Positions 18,235 to 26,908 of a DNA stretch of 64,000 bases are shown one piece after another. Source of the DNA: Candidatus Aenigmatarchaeota archaeon (GTDB lineage Archaea; Aenigmatarchaeota; Aenigmatarchaeia; GW2011-AR5); contig JACPJW010000001.1 of the NCBI GenBank assembly GCA_016187335.1, positions 32,001 to 96,000 of the forward strand. The letters run 5' to 3'. A program made the position numbers and the translations under genes. Numbering within the stretch: the stretch's first letter is position 1; each line of letters starts with the position of its first letter. The notes under the pieces were generated by a model. The model was not told the DNA's origin. It made no database searches and saw only the letters and a program-made list of their open reading frames with translations.

Positions 18235-18337
18235 CGCCGAAGACGCGGGTTCAAATCCCGCCGGGAGCATAGAATTATCGGGATATATATAGCAACGGAA
18301 AAATTGAACGCTGACGTATATCCTGAAGAATATAGAA

Positions 18338-19798
18338 TTATGGTGACTGACAGTCAAATGTAATATTCATAAAAACTTGTGAGTTTATAGGCATAGACAA
18401 TTGTGTAAAGGTGAATCCATTGTTGTCGTTATTTGAAAATGAGTTCCTCGTAGAAGCCCAGAATATTCTCCTACTTGTTTCTATATCACAATAATTTGAA
18501 TTTGTGCAAGTTGAAAGTCTAACATCTTCAATAATCGTTGCGTTACTAAATTTACCAGTCACATTAGTAATTGAGCATAACCTTCCTATGTTCTGGAAAG
18601 CTTGAAGAAAGACTTCTTGAATTACAAGATCTTTTGGAAGGTTGTTTGTAATATTAACTTCAAAATAAGATACGTTGTAGATTTTTCTAACGTCTGTTTT
18701 TGGGATTTTGATTTTATCAATATTTCCTTGATCCAATACAAATCCAGTGAGATTTATCGACCTAAAAGAGAAGTTTGACCCAGTCAAAACAATTACGTTA
18801 GAATTATTGTAGTATATTACTTCCTTAAGTCCAATCTTATTGAATTCGTCATACTTTTGTTTTAAAGAAATTGGGTATGTTCTATATGTTTCATTAACAT
18901 TCAATATTACTCCAAAATAATTTTGATATGCATAATTGAAATCCAGATCATTAACAGTATAGTTTCCAATTTCAAACGGTACCCATCCATAAAACCCTTC
19001 ATTTTCTATTTCAAATTGTTGAGATTTGTGTTTGTAAAGAACTGCATTATTGAAACTTTCAAAACTACTAACAGAAGTACCATTACCGTCCAAGTAATAG
19101 AAATCAGTACTTTCTGAAATGAAATGTGTCTGTGGCATAGAGGAATAACTTATTAAAGTAAAAATTATCAAAGACGCGATAAGAAAACTAATCAAAAATT
19201 TCCTTTCGAATGGCTTTAGAGTTACAACGGGTAGTTCATATTTGATCTTATTGTTCTTATACAAAGTCAAACATACCAACGATAAAATTACTAATGAAAA
19301 TGATGTTTGAAGAAGAATAATAGAAAATATTCCATATGCCGAAAATATTGCTGTTGCGCTATTCAGAAGAATTACGCAGGACAAAATGAAGAAAGCAATA
19401 ATACCCATTTCTAAAGCTAGAAATGAATTTTCACGCTCTTTTTTTGAAAATACTCCACCCCATACAAAAACAATACTTAGAAGTAAGATAAAACTTATTA
19501 TGTAATTCAAACTATCAATAATATTTTTATTATATAGGAAAATATTGTTCGAATAAACTAAAAATCCACCTATAACAATGTAAAGTGTAATGTATACAAT
19601 TAGCCCAAGTCCTCCTGAAAGAATTAACTTATCAACATCGCTCAATCCAAATCTAAATTTTTTTGATTTGAAATCGTAAGTTGATGCAAAAATTAACGAA
19701 TATCCAAGAAATAAGACCAATACTTTAACGAGCGTATTAGCACCGAAATAATCAAAGGCTGCATTTACAGCGTCTGCAATTCCAAGTGGGTCTGCCAT
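18338..19798 (-). CDS. AT-rich multi-pass membrane protein with large extracellular domain
   Basis: About six N-terminal TM segments, Asn-rich C-terminal domain, very low GC. Confidence 0.75.
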   Translation of the reverse strand: MADPLGIADAVNAAFDYFGANTLVKVLVLFLGYSLIFASTYDFKSKKFRFGLSDVDKLILSGGLGLIVYITLYIVIGGFLVYSNNIFLYNKNIIDSLNYIISFILLLSIVFVWGGVFSKKERENSFLALEMGIIAFFILSCVILLNSATAIFSAYGIFSIILLQTSFSLVILSLVCLTLYKNNKIKYELPVVTLKPFERKFLISFLIASLIIFTLISYSSMPQTHFISESTDFYYLDGNGTSVSSFESFNNAVLYKHKSQQFEIENEGFYGWVPFEIGNYTVNDLDFNYAYQNYFGVILNVNETYRTYPISLKQKYDEFNKIGLKEVIYYNNSNVIVLTGSNFSFRSINLTGFVLDQGNIDKIKIPKTDVRKIYNVSYFEVNITNNLPKDLVIQEVFLQAFQNIGRLCSITNVTGKFSNATIIEDVRLSTCTNSNYCDIETSRRIFWASTRNSFSNNDNNGFTFTQLSMPINSQVFMNITFDCQSP

Positions 19799-19941
19799 AA
19801 TTCACATACTTCAGTGAATTATTAAACAGTCTAATTACGGACTTTTTCGGACCCTTCAACTTCTCCACTTTTCCCTGCCTTTCGCGGGAGCATTTTTCAC
19901 GCCCTTCTGAACGCTATTAATTCGTTCCTGTCCTATTCTTC

Positions 19942-20538
19942 ATGATGAGGGAGTTCATAATGCGCGCGAGGAAGGCGCACACGAAGCCTGACGTGAACCT
20001 TAACGAGCTGCCGCAGCAGGGGAAGATGGACTCGGTCTGCGCGGCGATAGCAGGCGCGCTGTGGATATCAGGCGACGTGAGGAGGGACACGGCCATCCAT
20101 GTCGTGCTGGAGGGTCCCGGCAACGCGCCGAAGACCATAAGCTTCTACGGCTCCGAGATAAGGGGCCTGCGCCACGATGAAAGATCTATGGCTTCGTACA
20201 TTGCCGACGCGCTGAAGAAGGGCGCGTGGCTGGAACTGAACGAAGAGGCAAAGGTCAGGACGGGGATAAGGGTCGCCAAGAAAAGTTTTGAAAGGCTGGT
20301 TTGGGAAAAGAAAGGAAAGAAGATGTTCGTCCTCGACAAGGACGGCAGGGACATAAGGGACGCCGAGATTCCCGCGGATTGCGTCATAATCTTCGGCTCC
20401 GCGGAGGGCCTGCCGGCAAAAACAGAAAAGCTCTTTCGCGACCTCAGGGCGGAAAAAATAAGCCTCGGGCCGACGATGCTCTTTGCCGCCCACTGCCCGG
20501 TGATCGTTAACAACGAGATGGACAGGAGAAAGCCCTGA
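19942..20538 (+). CDS. trmY: tRNA (pseudouridine54-N1)-methyltransferase
   Basis: MREFIMRA...GKMDSVC...RRDT...VLEGP...GLRHDERS; SPOUT C-terminus KISLGP. Confidence 0.9.
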   Translation: MMREFIMRARKAHTKPDVNLNELPQQGKMDSVCAAIAGALWISGDVRRDTAIHVVLEGPGNAPKTISFYGSEIRGLRHDERSMASYIADALKKGAWLELNEEAKVRTGIRVAKKSFERLVWEKKGKKMFVLDKDGRDIRDAEIPADCVIIFGSAEGLPAKTEKLFRDLRAEKISLGPTMLFAAHCPVIVNNEMDRRKP

Positions 20539-20637
20539 AAGCGAGCCAAAAAGTCCGCTTGCCGTGCATAATCAGTCCTAACTCAGAAGAATTATTTTTA
20601 GTAAAAAGTTTTAATAAAAAAGGAAAAAAATTGAGAA

Positions 20638-20757
20638 CTAAGTTTTCATTATGTGCTTGCCGGCGCGCCTGTATTTTACCCTTCCTCTTCCGCCAGGCCT
20701 CTTGGCCGCCCTTTTAATTGCCATTTTCATCCTTATTCCTCTTGTTTTCTTGGCCAT
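20638..20757 (-). CDS. 39-aa highly basic microprotein (not in ORF track)
   Basis: MAKKTRGIRMKMAIKRAAKRPGGRGRVKYRRAGKHIMKT*, preceded by a GGGGTGG Shine-Dalgarno. Confidence 0.65.
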   Translation of the reverse strand: MAKKTRGIRMKMAIKRAAKRPGGRGRVKYRRAGKHIMKT

Positions 20758-20845
20758 TCTTATCCACCCCATTGAATGAAGGTGCAGGCAATAGAAATTT
20801 ATACAGGTAAATCATCTCAACGGGCGCCTGTTTTCATTCTGTGAG

Positions 20846-21592
20846 TCACTCGATGAAAACAAGCAGGTACATCGTGGCTATGCCGAGGGTTATCGACAAG
20901 AATTGTATTATGGAATTTCTTATATCGTTTTTCTTGTGCAGCTCCGGTATGAGGTCTGCCCCTGCTATGTAAACGAAGCCGCCGGCGGCAAAGGCTACCA
21001 TGACCGGGAGCGAGCTTTCTATGTAAGTGCTGATGAATATTGACACGACTGCGCCGAAGACTGCAAAGAGCGCCGAGATAAAATTCCAGAACAGCGCCTT
21101 CTTTCTGGAAAAGCCTCCGTGCAGCAGGACCCCGAAATCGCCTATTTCCTGGGGTATTTCATGGAAAACAACGGCAATAGTGGTTGCTATGCCTATGGGC
21201 ACGCTGACCAGATAGGAAGCTGCCACGACAGCGCCGTCGATGAAATTATGGATGGCGTCGCCGAACAGGTTCATGTAGGCGAAAGGCTGCGGGCGCGAAG
21301 CGGGAGCCAGTGTATGCTTGTGCTTCCAGTGCACGATCTTCTCGACGATGAACGAAACCACGATGCCCAGCAGTATGTACAGTGATATGGAAGCGCTGAA
21401 TCCGCCTTCAGCTGCCTCCGGGATCAGGTGTATGAACGCGTCCCCCAGGAGCGCGCCCGCCGAGAATCCCACGAGCAGGGGCAGTATGTTCCGTATCATT
21501 CTGTCGTTGACTACAAGCGTAATCACGCCTATGAAAGACACGAGGCTGACGACGGCCACGCTGGCCAGCGACATCAGGACCGGATCGACCAT
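20846..21592 (-). CDS. ZIP family metal transporter
   Basis: HLIPEA, HNFIDG, HEIPQEIGDF, LIPELH. Confidence 0.92.
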   Translation of the reverse strand: MVDPVLMSLASVAVVSLVSFIGVITLVVNDRMIRNILPLLVGFSAGALLGDAFIHLIPEAAEGGFSASISLYILLGIVVSFIVEKIVHWKHKHTLAPASRPQPFAYMNLFGDAIHNFIDGAVVAASYLVSVPIGIATTIAVVFHEIPQEIGDFGVLLHGGFSRKKALFWNFISALFAVFGAVVSIFISTYIESSLPVMVAFAAGGFVYIAGADLIPELHKKNDIRNSIIQFLSITLGIATMYLLVFIE

Positions 21593-21676
21593 GAAAATAT
21601 CTATTGTTATTAAATTTAAGCTTTGTTGTTAATAACATACATGGGCTCTAGGATGAAAATTTAATAAGGCGGTTTC

Positions 21677-22063
21677 ATGGCGAAGATAATCAGCGTGTCT
21701 TTGGGCGAAGAGCTGCTCAGTGAAATAGACAGCGTGCAGAAAGACGTGGGGTTTTCAGGCCGCTCTGAAGCCATAAGGTCCGGAATGAAGCTTCTGCTTG
21801 ACGACCTGAAGGAAAAGGAAAAACTGAAGGGCCACGCCGAGTGCGTTCTTGTCCTTGCTCACGACAGGAAGTTCGAAGACGCGTTCACGCAGGCGAAGCA
21901 CGACCATGAGGACATCATAAGCACCCAGATTCACAGCAATTTCTGCAATAACAAGTGCCTCGAGGTGTTCGTGCTGCACGGCTCTGCTGACAAGATAAGG
22001 GATTTCTTTTCGGAAATAAGGAAAAACAAGCGCTCGGAATACGTGAAGCTGATAGTGCCTTGA
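21677..22063 (+). CDS. NikR-like ribbon-helix-helix metal-responsive regulator, divergent from the ZIP gene
   Basis: IISVSL...GFSGRSEAIR; IHS...CLEVFVLHG. Confidence 0.85.
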   Translation: MAKIISVSLGEELLSEIDSVQKDVGFSGRSEAIRSGMKLLLDDLKEKEKLKGHAECVLVLAHDRKFEDAFTQAKHDHEDIISTQIHSNFCNNKCLEVFVLHGSADKIRDFFSEIRKNKRSEYVKLIVP

Positions 22064-22100
22064 TTCGGGTTTTTATAATTATCCCTTCCCCACTTTATTT

Positions 22101-22247
22101 ATGGCGCTATTGGAACTGGTATTCAGCATAATTGTCCTAGCCGCGGCGTTCTACCTGGGCATCAAGATAATCGGGAACATCATTTACACTGTCCTGCTGA
22201 TCGCAGCCCTGTTCCTGCTCCTGTGGTTCGCCGGATTCCTGGCATGA
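22101..22247 (+). CDS. 48-aa hydrophobic membrane protein (not in ORF track)
   Basis: MALLELVFSIIVLAAAFYLGIKIIGNIIYTVLLIAALFLLLWFAGFLA*. Confidence 0.55.
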   Translation: MALLELVFSIIVLAAAFYLGIKIIGNIIYTVLLIAALFLLLWFAGFLA

Positions 22248-22825
22248 GCCTTCCCGTCTTCGACAATCAGGGCGTGGAATTCCCTGAACATGTTAACATC
22301 TTTGGGCAGGGCTTTCTCAAAAAGCTGCCTTATTTCCTCGTAGCCTTCGCCGCCGCCGATCAGGCCCAGCCGTGACAGCATGCGCCGCGTATAGGCATCA
22401 ACGACAAAGCAGGGCCTGCCGCAGGCGTAAAGCAGGATGCTGTCCGCGGTCTCGCGGCCGATGCCGTTTAATGCAAGCAGTTGTTCGCGTGTCACTTCTT
22501 TGTAGAAATTCCCGTTGAAATTTTTCACGAAAACGCAGAAATTCTTCAGGCGCTTTGATTTCTGGCGGTAAAATCCTGAGGGCTTTATGAGTTTCTGCAA
22601 TTTCGGCAAGGGCATTTCTGCTATTTTATCCGCCGATGTGATTTTTGCGTCGCTGAGGTTTTGCAGCGCCTTCTCGGCGTTCCGCCAGCTGGTGTTCTGC
22701 GTCAGGATTGCCCCGACGCATATTTCAAATTCCTGCGGAGCAAAGCTGTGCTTGACAGGCCACCATTTCTGCGGGCCGTGCTTGGCGAGCAGCGATTCGT
22801 AGAGTTGTTTGTAAAGGGCTTTCAT
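22184..22825 (-). CDS. Endonuclease III-related HhH-GPD DNA glycosylase without Fe-S motif
   Basis: GAILTQNTSW, LNGIGRETADSILLYA, FVVDAY, EFHALIV. Confidence 0.88.
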   Translation of the reverse strand: MKALYKQLYESLLAKHGPQKWWPVKHSFAPQEFEICVGAILTQNTSWRNAEKALQNLSDAKITSADKIAEMPLPKLQKLIKPSGFYRQKSKRLKNFCVFVKNFNGNFYKEVTREQLLALNGIGRETADSILLYACGRPCFVVDAYTRRMLSRLGLIGGGEGYEEIRQLFEKALPKDVNMFREFHALIVEDGKAHARNPANHRSRNRAAISRTV

Positions 22826-22841
22826 GAGAAAAACTGTCCGC

Positions 22842-24638
22842 TCAATTTTTAATTGTTTGCTTCCGGGCTTTCCTGTATTTCCTCCACATTCTGCCGAATT
22901 CCTTGGTCTTCATGATTTCGCCGAAGCTGCCGCTTGCCACGAGCCTGCCCCCCCTGAAGACGTAAATCCTGTCGAACATAGGAAGCAGGTGAAGCCTATG
23001 GACCGAGGAAAGTATAGTCCTGTCCTTGAACTCGCGGAATATATTCGTGTATATCGCCATTTCATTGACCGTGTCCACGCTGCTGGTCGGTTCGTCAAGA
23101 AGTATTATCGGCGAGTCTTCCGCCGCAAGCAGCCCGCGGGCCAGAGCCAGCCTTTGCTTCTCGCCCGTGCTCAGGTTCACGCCCCTCTCCTTGATGTGGG
23201 AATTGTATTTCTTCGGAAGCCTTGCCGCCACTTTGGCGAATCGCGCGATCCCCGCATATTTCTGGATTTTCTTCATGCTTGCGCGCCTCAGCATCGTTAT
23301 GTTATCCTTCACGGTCGCGTCAAACAATTCCGGGTCCTGCGGAAGCAGCGTCATGTTCCCGGCCAGTGGCTCGAAGTCCTTGAATTTCCTGCCGTTTATC
23401 TCGATAAGGACATGCTTGGGCTTGTAGAGTGCTCTTATCAGCTTGAGGAACGTGGTTTTCCCGCCGCCGCTCTCGCCTACAAGAGCTATTTTCTCGCCGT
23501 TGCGTATTTCCAGCGAAACGTTATTGAGGTGAAGATTGCTTTCCGCATCATGATAGTGGAAAGAAAGGCCTGTAATTTTCATTTTTTCCCATGGCATACT
23601 AAGATCAAAAGATCTGGTCATATCCTTTTTCCCGAATTCCTTGCTTATCTCGTTGGCATTCTGCATCGCTGTCTTCTGCCTTACCAGATCGCTGTAGCTG
23701 GCTGCGAACTGGAAGAAGCTCTCGCGTATTTTACCGACATAACCGTAGAATATGTACACCGTCCCTATCAGCACCGCGCTTCCTGCCGCGTAGCTGCCCA
23801 GAATATATGATATGAGCACTGCGGCGAACATCACCGCGCCCAGGATGGACACGAGAAACCATTTTGTTTCGTTGGTCTTCGACGCACTGCTGTGCATGGA
23901 GAATGGTGCGATTATTTTCCTGTACATCATGTTCGATGAAAGCCTTTCAAGCCTGAGTATTACGACGGTCGCTATATTGCTTATTATGTCAAATACCTTC
24001 GCGGATATCTCGTTCTCGGCCCTGAAAATCTTCCTGTACATGATTATCAGGGTCCTGTCAAGCCGCAATACAATCAGAAAGCTGAGCAGTGTTATTATCC
24101 CCACGATGTACGCGGAATTTATGTCAAACAATGCGAGCACGATGTACGCGGTAATGAAGCCCACGATTATTCTTATTATCTGCCAGGAGTTCTGCGAGAA
24201 ATTGTAGATGCTGCTGGCCCCTTTCTCTATCCTGTCTATTGTTTCGCCTGAATGGTGCTCGGCATGCCACTTCATTGGCAGGCTCATCGTGCCCTCAAGC
24301 ATCCGCTTCCTGTATCTCGCCCTTGCGTAGAAAGCGTTGTTCGTTTCGATCACCCTCGAAGGACCGTGAAAAACCCAGAATCCCACCTCTATTGTTACCA
24401 GCGCCGCGATAAGCCAGAATATCGCATTGGTGCTGGAAGCGGTGATGCCCTGCGTCTGTATCGTGTTGAGCATCATCGCGAAAATCACGGGCTCAAGCAG
24501 GGATATCAGATTGGCTATCGTCGACAGGGCGAGGTAAAGCACGACCATGCGCCTGTTGCCTTCGGAGTACTTCCACATCTCCCGCGCCATGTAAATTAGA
24601 GGGTTTTCGCCTGTTTTCATGCGGCTCACTGTAATCAT
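22842..24638 (-). CDS. ABC transporter, fused permease/ATP-binding
   Basis: GESGGGKTT, LSTGEKQR, ILLDEP, HRL. Confidence 0.92.
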   Translation of the reverse strand: MITVSRMKTGENPLIYMAREMWKYSEGNRRMVVLYLALSTIANLISLLEPVIFAMMLNTIQTQGITASSTNAIFWLIAALVTIEVGFWVFHGPSRVIETNNAFYARARYRKRMLEGTMSLPMKWHAEHHSGETIDRIEKGASSIYNFSQNSWQIIRIIVGFITAYIVLALFDINSAYIVGIITLLSFLIVLRLDRTLIIMYRKIFRAENEISAKVFDIISNIATVVILRLERLSSNMMYRKIIAPFSMHSSASKTNETKWFLVSILGAVMFAAVLISYILGSYAAGSAVLIGTVYIFYGYVGKIRESFFQFAASYSDLVRQKTAMQNANEISKEFGKKDMTRSFDLSMPWEKMKITGLSFHYHDAESNLHLNNVSLEIRNGEKIALVGESGGGKTTFLKLIRALYKPKHVLIEINGRKFKDFEPLAGNMTLLPQDPELFDATVKDNITMLRRASMKKIQKYAGIARFAKVAARLPKKYNSHIKERGVNLSTGEKQRLALARGLLAAEDSPIILLDEPTSSVDTVNEMAIYTNIFREFKDRTILSSVHRLHLLPMFDRIYVFRGGRLVASGSFGEIMKTKEFGRMWRKYRKARKQTIKN

Positions 24639-24697
24639 TCGGAGGACTAGGCTTTAATGAGTTCAAATGGGCACGACAGGATATTCGCCACTGACCT

Positions 24698-24729
24698 CTT
24701 TTGATGAAACTTTGGAGCAGCAAAGTTTC
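24698..24729. repeat. Hairpin repeat module B just 3' of tRNA-Arg
   Basis: TTTTGATGAAACTTTGGAGCAGCAAAGTTTC resembles TTTTGATCAAACTTTGGAGTGGCAAA at 46901. Confidence 0.7.
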
Positions 24730-24763
24730 TATGAGCCCGATGGGATTCGAACCCACGACCTTC

Positions 24764-24796
24764 TTGGACCTATTCTTACATCACTGCAAAAACAGT
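24764..24796 (-). other. BHB intron 2 of tRNA-Arg (41/42)
   Basis: Central helix GGAC/GTCC, bulges CG|A and AA|G, inner stem CTGTTTTT/AAGAATAG. Confidence 0.88.
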
Positions 24797-24819
24797 CGGT
24801 CCGAAGCCGGACGCTCTAT

Positions 24820-24863
24820 TTGCCACAACTTTTCGTTTTGATGCAACTTTTCTGAAAAGTTGC
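24820..24863 (-). other. BHB intron 1 of tRNA-Arg (19/20), built of repeat module B
   Basis: Central helix GCCA/TGGC, bulges GG|G and AA|A, inner stem CAACTTTTC/GAAAAGTTG. Confidence 0.9.
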
Positions 24864-24928
24864 CCTGGCTAAGCTACGGGCCCAGCAGCATAATGATGTA
24901 TGTTAGAACAAGCGCTTATAAATTATAT

Positions 24929-26293
24929 TCATCCGAGGTATTTCATCATAACCTTGCGGATTGTCGCGGGGTCGCCTCTTCCTTCTGTCTTCCGCATGAC
25001 CTGGCCTACAAGGAAATTGAATGCTTCCTGCTTGCCAGATTTGTAATCAACGACAGCAGAAGCGTTCTCCGCAATCGTCTGCTTCACTGACTGCTCCAGA
25101 ACTGTTTCATCATAAATGCGCTTTCTCGTGCCGACTGCTTTTTCAGGATCCGTCGGCCGCAGGACCATCTCGCGCAGCAGCATCTCCGCGCTGCGCTCCG
25201 TGATTGCTTTCTCTTGTACCATTTTCAGCAGTTTCACCAGCCCTTCCTCTGTCAGCTCGCTTTCAGATATCCGCAGAGTGTTGTAGTTCAGCGTCTTTTT
25301 GATTTCCCCGGCGAACCATTTCGCGGCCAATTGAACGTCTGTTTTCTTTATTACTTTTTCGAACATGTCGGCAAGATCAGGCTCTGATGCTATGGCTTCG
25401 GCTATTTCCTGCTGCAGCTTCGTTTCCTTCACGTAACGCCGCACTTTCTGCTCCGCGAATTCGGGCATCAGCTTTTTCAGCTCATCCGTTTTCTTCGCGT
25501 CAATGGTTATTTTCACTAGGTCCGGTTCCATGATGTATCCGTAGTCCTCTTCCTCTTCCTTCGTGCGCAGCGTTTTCGTCGTTCCCGAGACAGGATCCCA
25601 TCCGCGCGTTTCTCTTACAATTTTCCTGCCGTGCCTCAGCATGTAGTTCTGCCTGACAATTTCATAGTTCAATGCTTTTTCCACGTCTTTAAAACCGGAA
25701 ATGTTCTTCACTTCCACCCTTTCCTTCTTGACGGAAATGTTTGCGTCAACCCTCATCGAGCCTTCTATGTTAGGGTCAAAAACTCCCAGGTATTGCAGGA
25801 TGCTTGAAAGCTTCTGCAAAAAGATGCGCGCTTCCTTGACGTCAACAAAGCTGGGTTCAGTTACAATCTCGCAGAGCGGCGTTCCGCTGCGGTTGTAATC
25901 AACAAGAACGTAGTCGCCTGCGTGAACGAGCCGCGCAGGGTCTTCCTCAAGGTTGATTCTTCTGATTTCAATCCTTTTCTCCCCGATGCTCAGCCATCCG
26001 TTCTGCGCCAGCGGGATTTCATACTGCGTTATCTGGTAGTTCTTGGAAAGGTCCGGATAGAAATACGATTTTCTTGAAAAGAATGTTTCCTTCGGGAACT
26101 TGCAGTTCAATGCCAAAGCTACCTTCATCCCGTATTCTATTGCTTTTTTATTGACCCTCGGCTTGCTTCCGGGAAATCCCAAACAGGTTTCACAGGTTAA
26201 AGTATTCGGCTCTTTCACAAATTCGTTCCTGCAGCCGCAGAACATCTTTGTCTGCGTGAGCAGCTGTGTGTGGATTTCCAGGCCGATTTTCAT
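24929..26293 (-). CDS. gatB: Asp/Glu-tRNA amidotransferase subunit B
   Basis: MKIGLEIHTQL, SYFYPDL, YQITQY, VDYNRSGTPL, RVDANIS; start moved to the ATG at 26293. Confidence 0.95.
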   Translation of the reverse strand: MKIGLEIHTQLLTQTKMFCGCRNEFVKEPNTLTCETCLGFPGSKPRVNKKAIEYGMKVALALNCKFPKETFFSRKSYFYPDLSKNYQITQYEIPLAQNGWLSIGEKRIEIRRINLEEDPARLVHAGDYVLVDYNRSGTPLCEIVTEPSFVDVKEARIFLQKLSSILQYLGVFDPNIEGSMRVDANISVKKERVEVKNISGFKDVEKALNYEIVRQNYMLRHGRKIVRETRGWDPVSGTTKTLRTKEEEEDYGYIMEPDLVKITIDAKKTDELKKLMPEFAEQKVRRYVKETKLQQEIAEAIASEPDLADMFEKVIKKTDVQLAAKWFAGEIKKTLNYNTLRISESELTEEGLVKLLKMVQEKAITERSAEMLLREMVLRPTDPEKAVGTRKRIYDETVLEQSVKQTIAENASAVVDYKSGKQEAFNFLVGQVMRKTEGRGDPATIRKVMMKYLG

Positions 26294-26904
26294 GCGTGAA
26301 CACCATAATTGCGCAAAGCCCTTTCCAGCTGCTTCGCATTTTTGAACATGATAGTTTTCGCGCCCGTTTTTTTCACGGCTTCCAGAAATTCTTTTGAATC
26401 GTCCACGACGATGCATTCCGCAGGGCGAAGCCGCATTTTCCTTGCGGCGCTTTTGAAAAGCCTGACATCAGGCTTGGCAAAGCCATGGTCAAAAGAAAAG
26501 TGGTGCCCGTGAAATTCCTTCAGAACTCTGTATTTCCTGTCAAGATAGCGCACCCTTTCCCGTATGTTTCCGGAAAGGACTACAACCCGGTATTTTTTCC
26601 TTAATTTCCTGACAAGCTGTTTCATTTCTCGCAGCGGAACATACGAAGAAAACCATATCTTTTCCATTTCTCTTGCCTGTTTTCTGGAAATTTTGAGCTT
26701 TCCTGATACCCCTTTCCAGAATTCCGCGGGCCCTGCCTTGCCTTCATGGTATTTCTTATAATAGTTTCCGCTGAACGAGCCTGCAACGGTCTTTTCAGGC
26801 ATCATGAATTTTCTTGCTATCCTTTTCATGCCGATGCTTCTGCCGTGGGTGAAATAAACGCCGCCGAAATCCAGCATGATGACGGGTTTGTCGTTGGTTT
26901 TCAT
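26290..26904 (-). CDS. HAD family hydrolase
   Basis: MLDFGGV, VLSGN, KPD, VVDD; start moved to MKTNDK. Confidence 0.88.
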   Translation of the reverse strand: MKTNDKPVIMLDFGGVYFTHGRSIGMKRIARKFMMPEKTVAGSFSGNYYKKYHEGKAGPAEFWKGVSGKLKISRKQAREMEKIWFSSYVPLREMKQLVRKLRKKYRVVVLSGNIRERVRYLDRKYRVLKEFHGHHFSFDHGFAKPDVRLFKSAARKMRLRPAECIVVDDSKEFLEAVKKTGAKTIMFKNAKQLERALRNYGVHA

Positions 26905-26908
26905 TTGT

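Larger units (their letters stand above)
18023..18269 (+). tRNA. tRNA-Glu(CTC) with two long introns (20a/21, 93 nt; 37/38, 80 nt); mature 74 nt
   Basis: Acceptor GCTCCCG/CGGGAGC-A, D-stem GTCT/GGAT, anticodon arm TCGGC-CTCTCAC-GCCGA, T-arm GCGGG-TTCAAAT-CCCGC. Confidence 0.9.
24732..24883 (-). tRNA. tRNA-Arg(TCG) with two introns (19/20, 44 nt; 41/42, 33 nt); mature 75 nt
   Basis: Acceptor GGGCCCG/CGGGCTC-A, D-stem GCTT/GAGC, spliced anticodon arm TCCGG-CTTCGGA-CCGGA, T-arm GTGGG-TTCGAAT-CCCAT. Confidence 0.92.

Noticed and set aside
17985-18363. ORFs 17985..18254 and 18181..18363
   Set aside because: They overlap tRNA-Glu and its repeat-filled introns
20638-20757. Call as ribosomal protein eL39
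   Set aside because: Lacks the conserved Trp-containing motifs; left unassigned
22824-23810. Long antisense ORFs such as 22824..23810, 14351..14755 and 31241..31954
   Set aside because: Shadows of well-supported genes on the opposite strand
24493-24855. ORFs across the tRNA-Arg region
   Set aside because: Explained by tRNA-Arg and the antisense of the ABC gene
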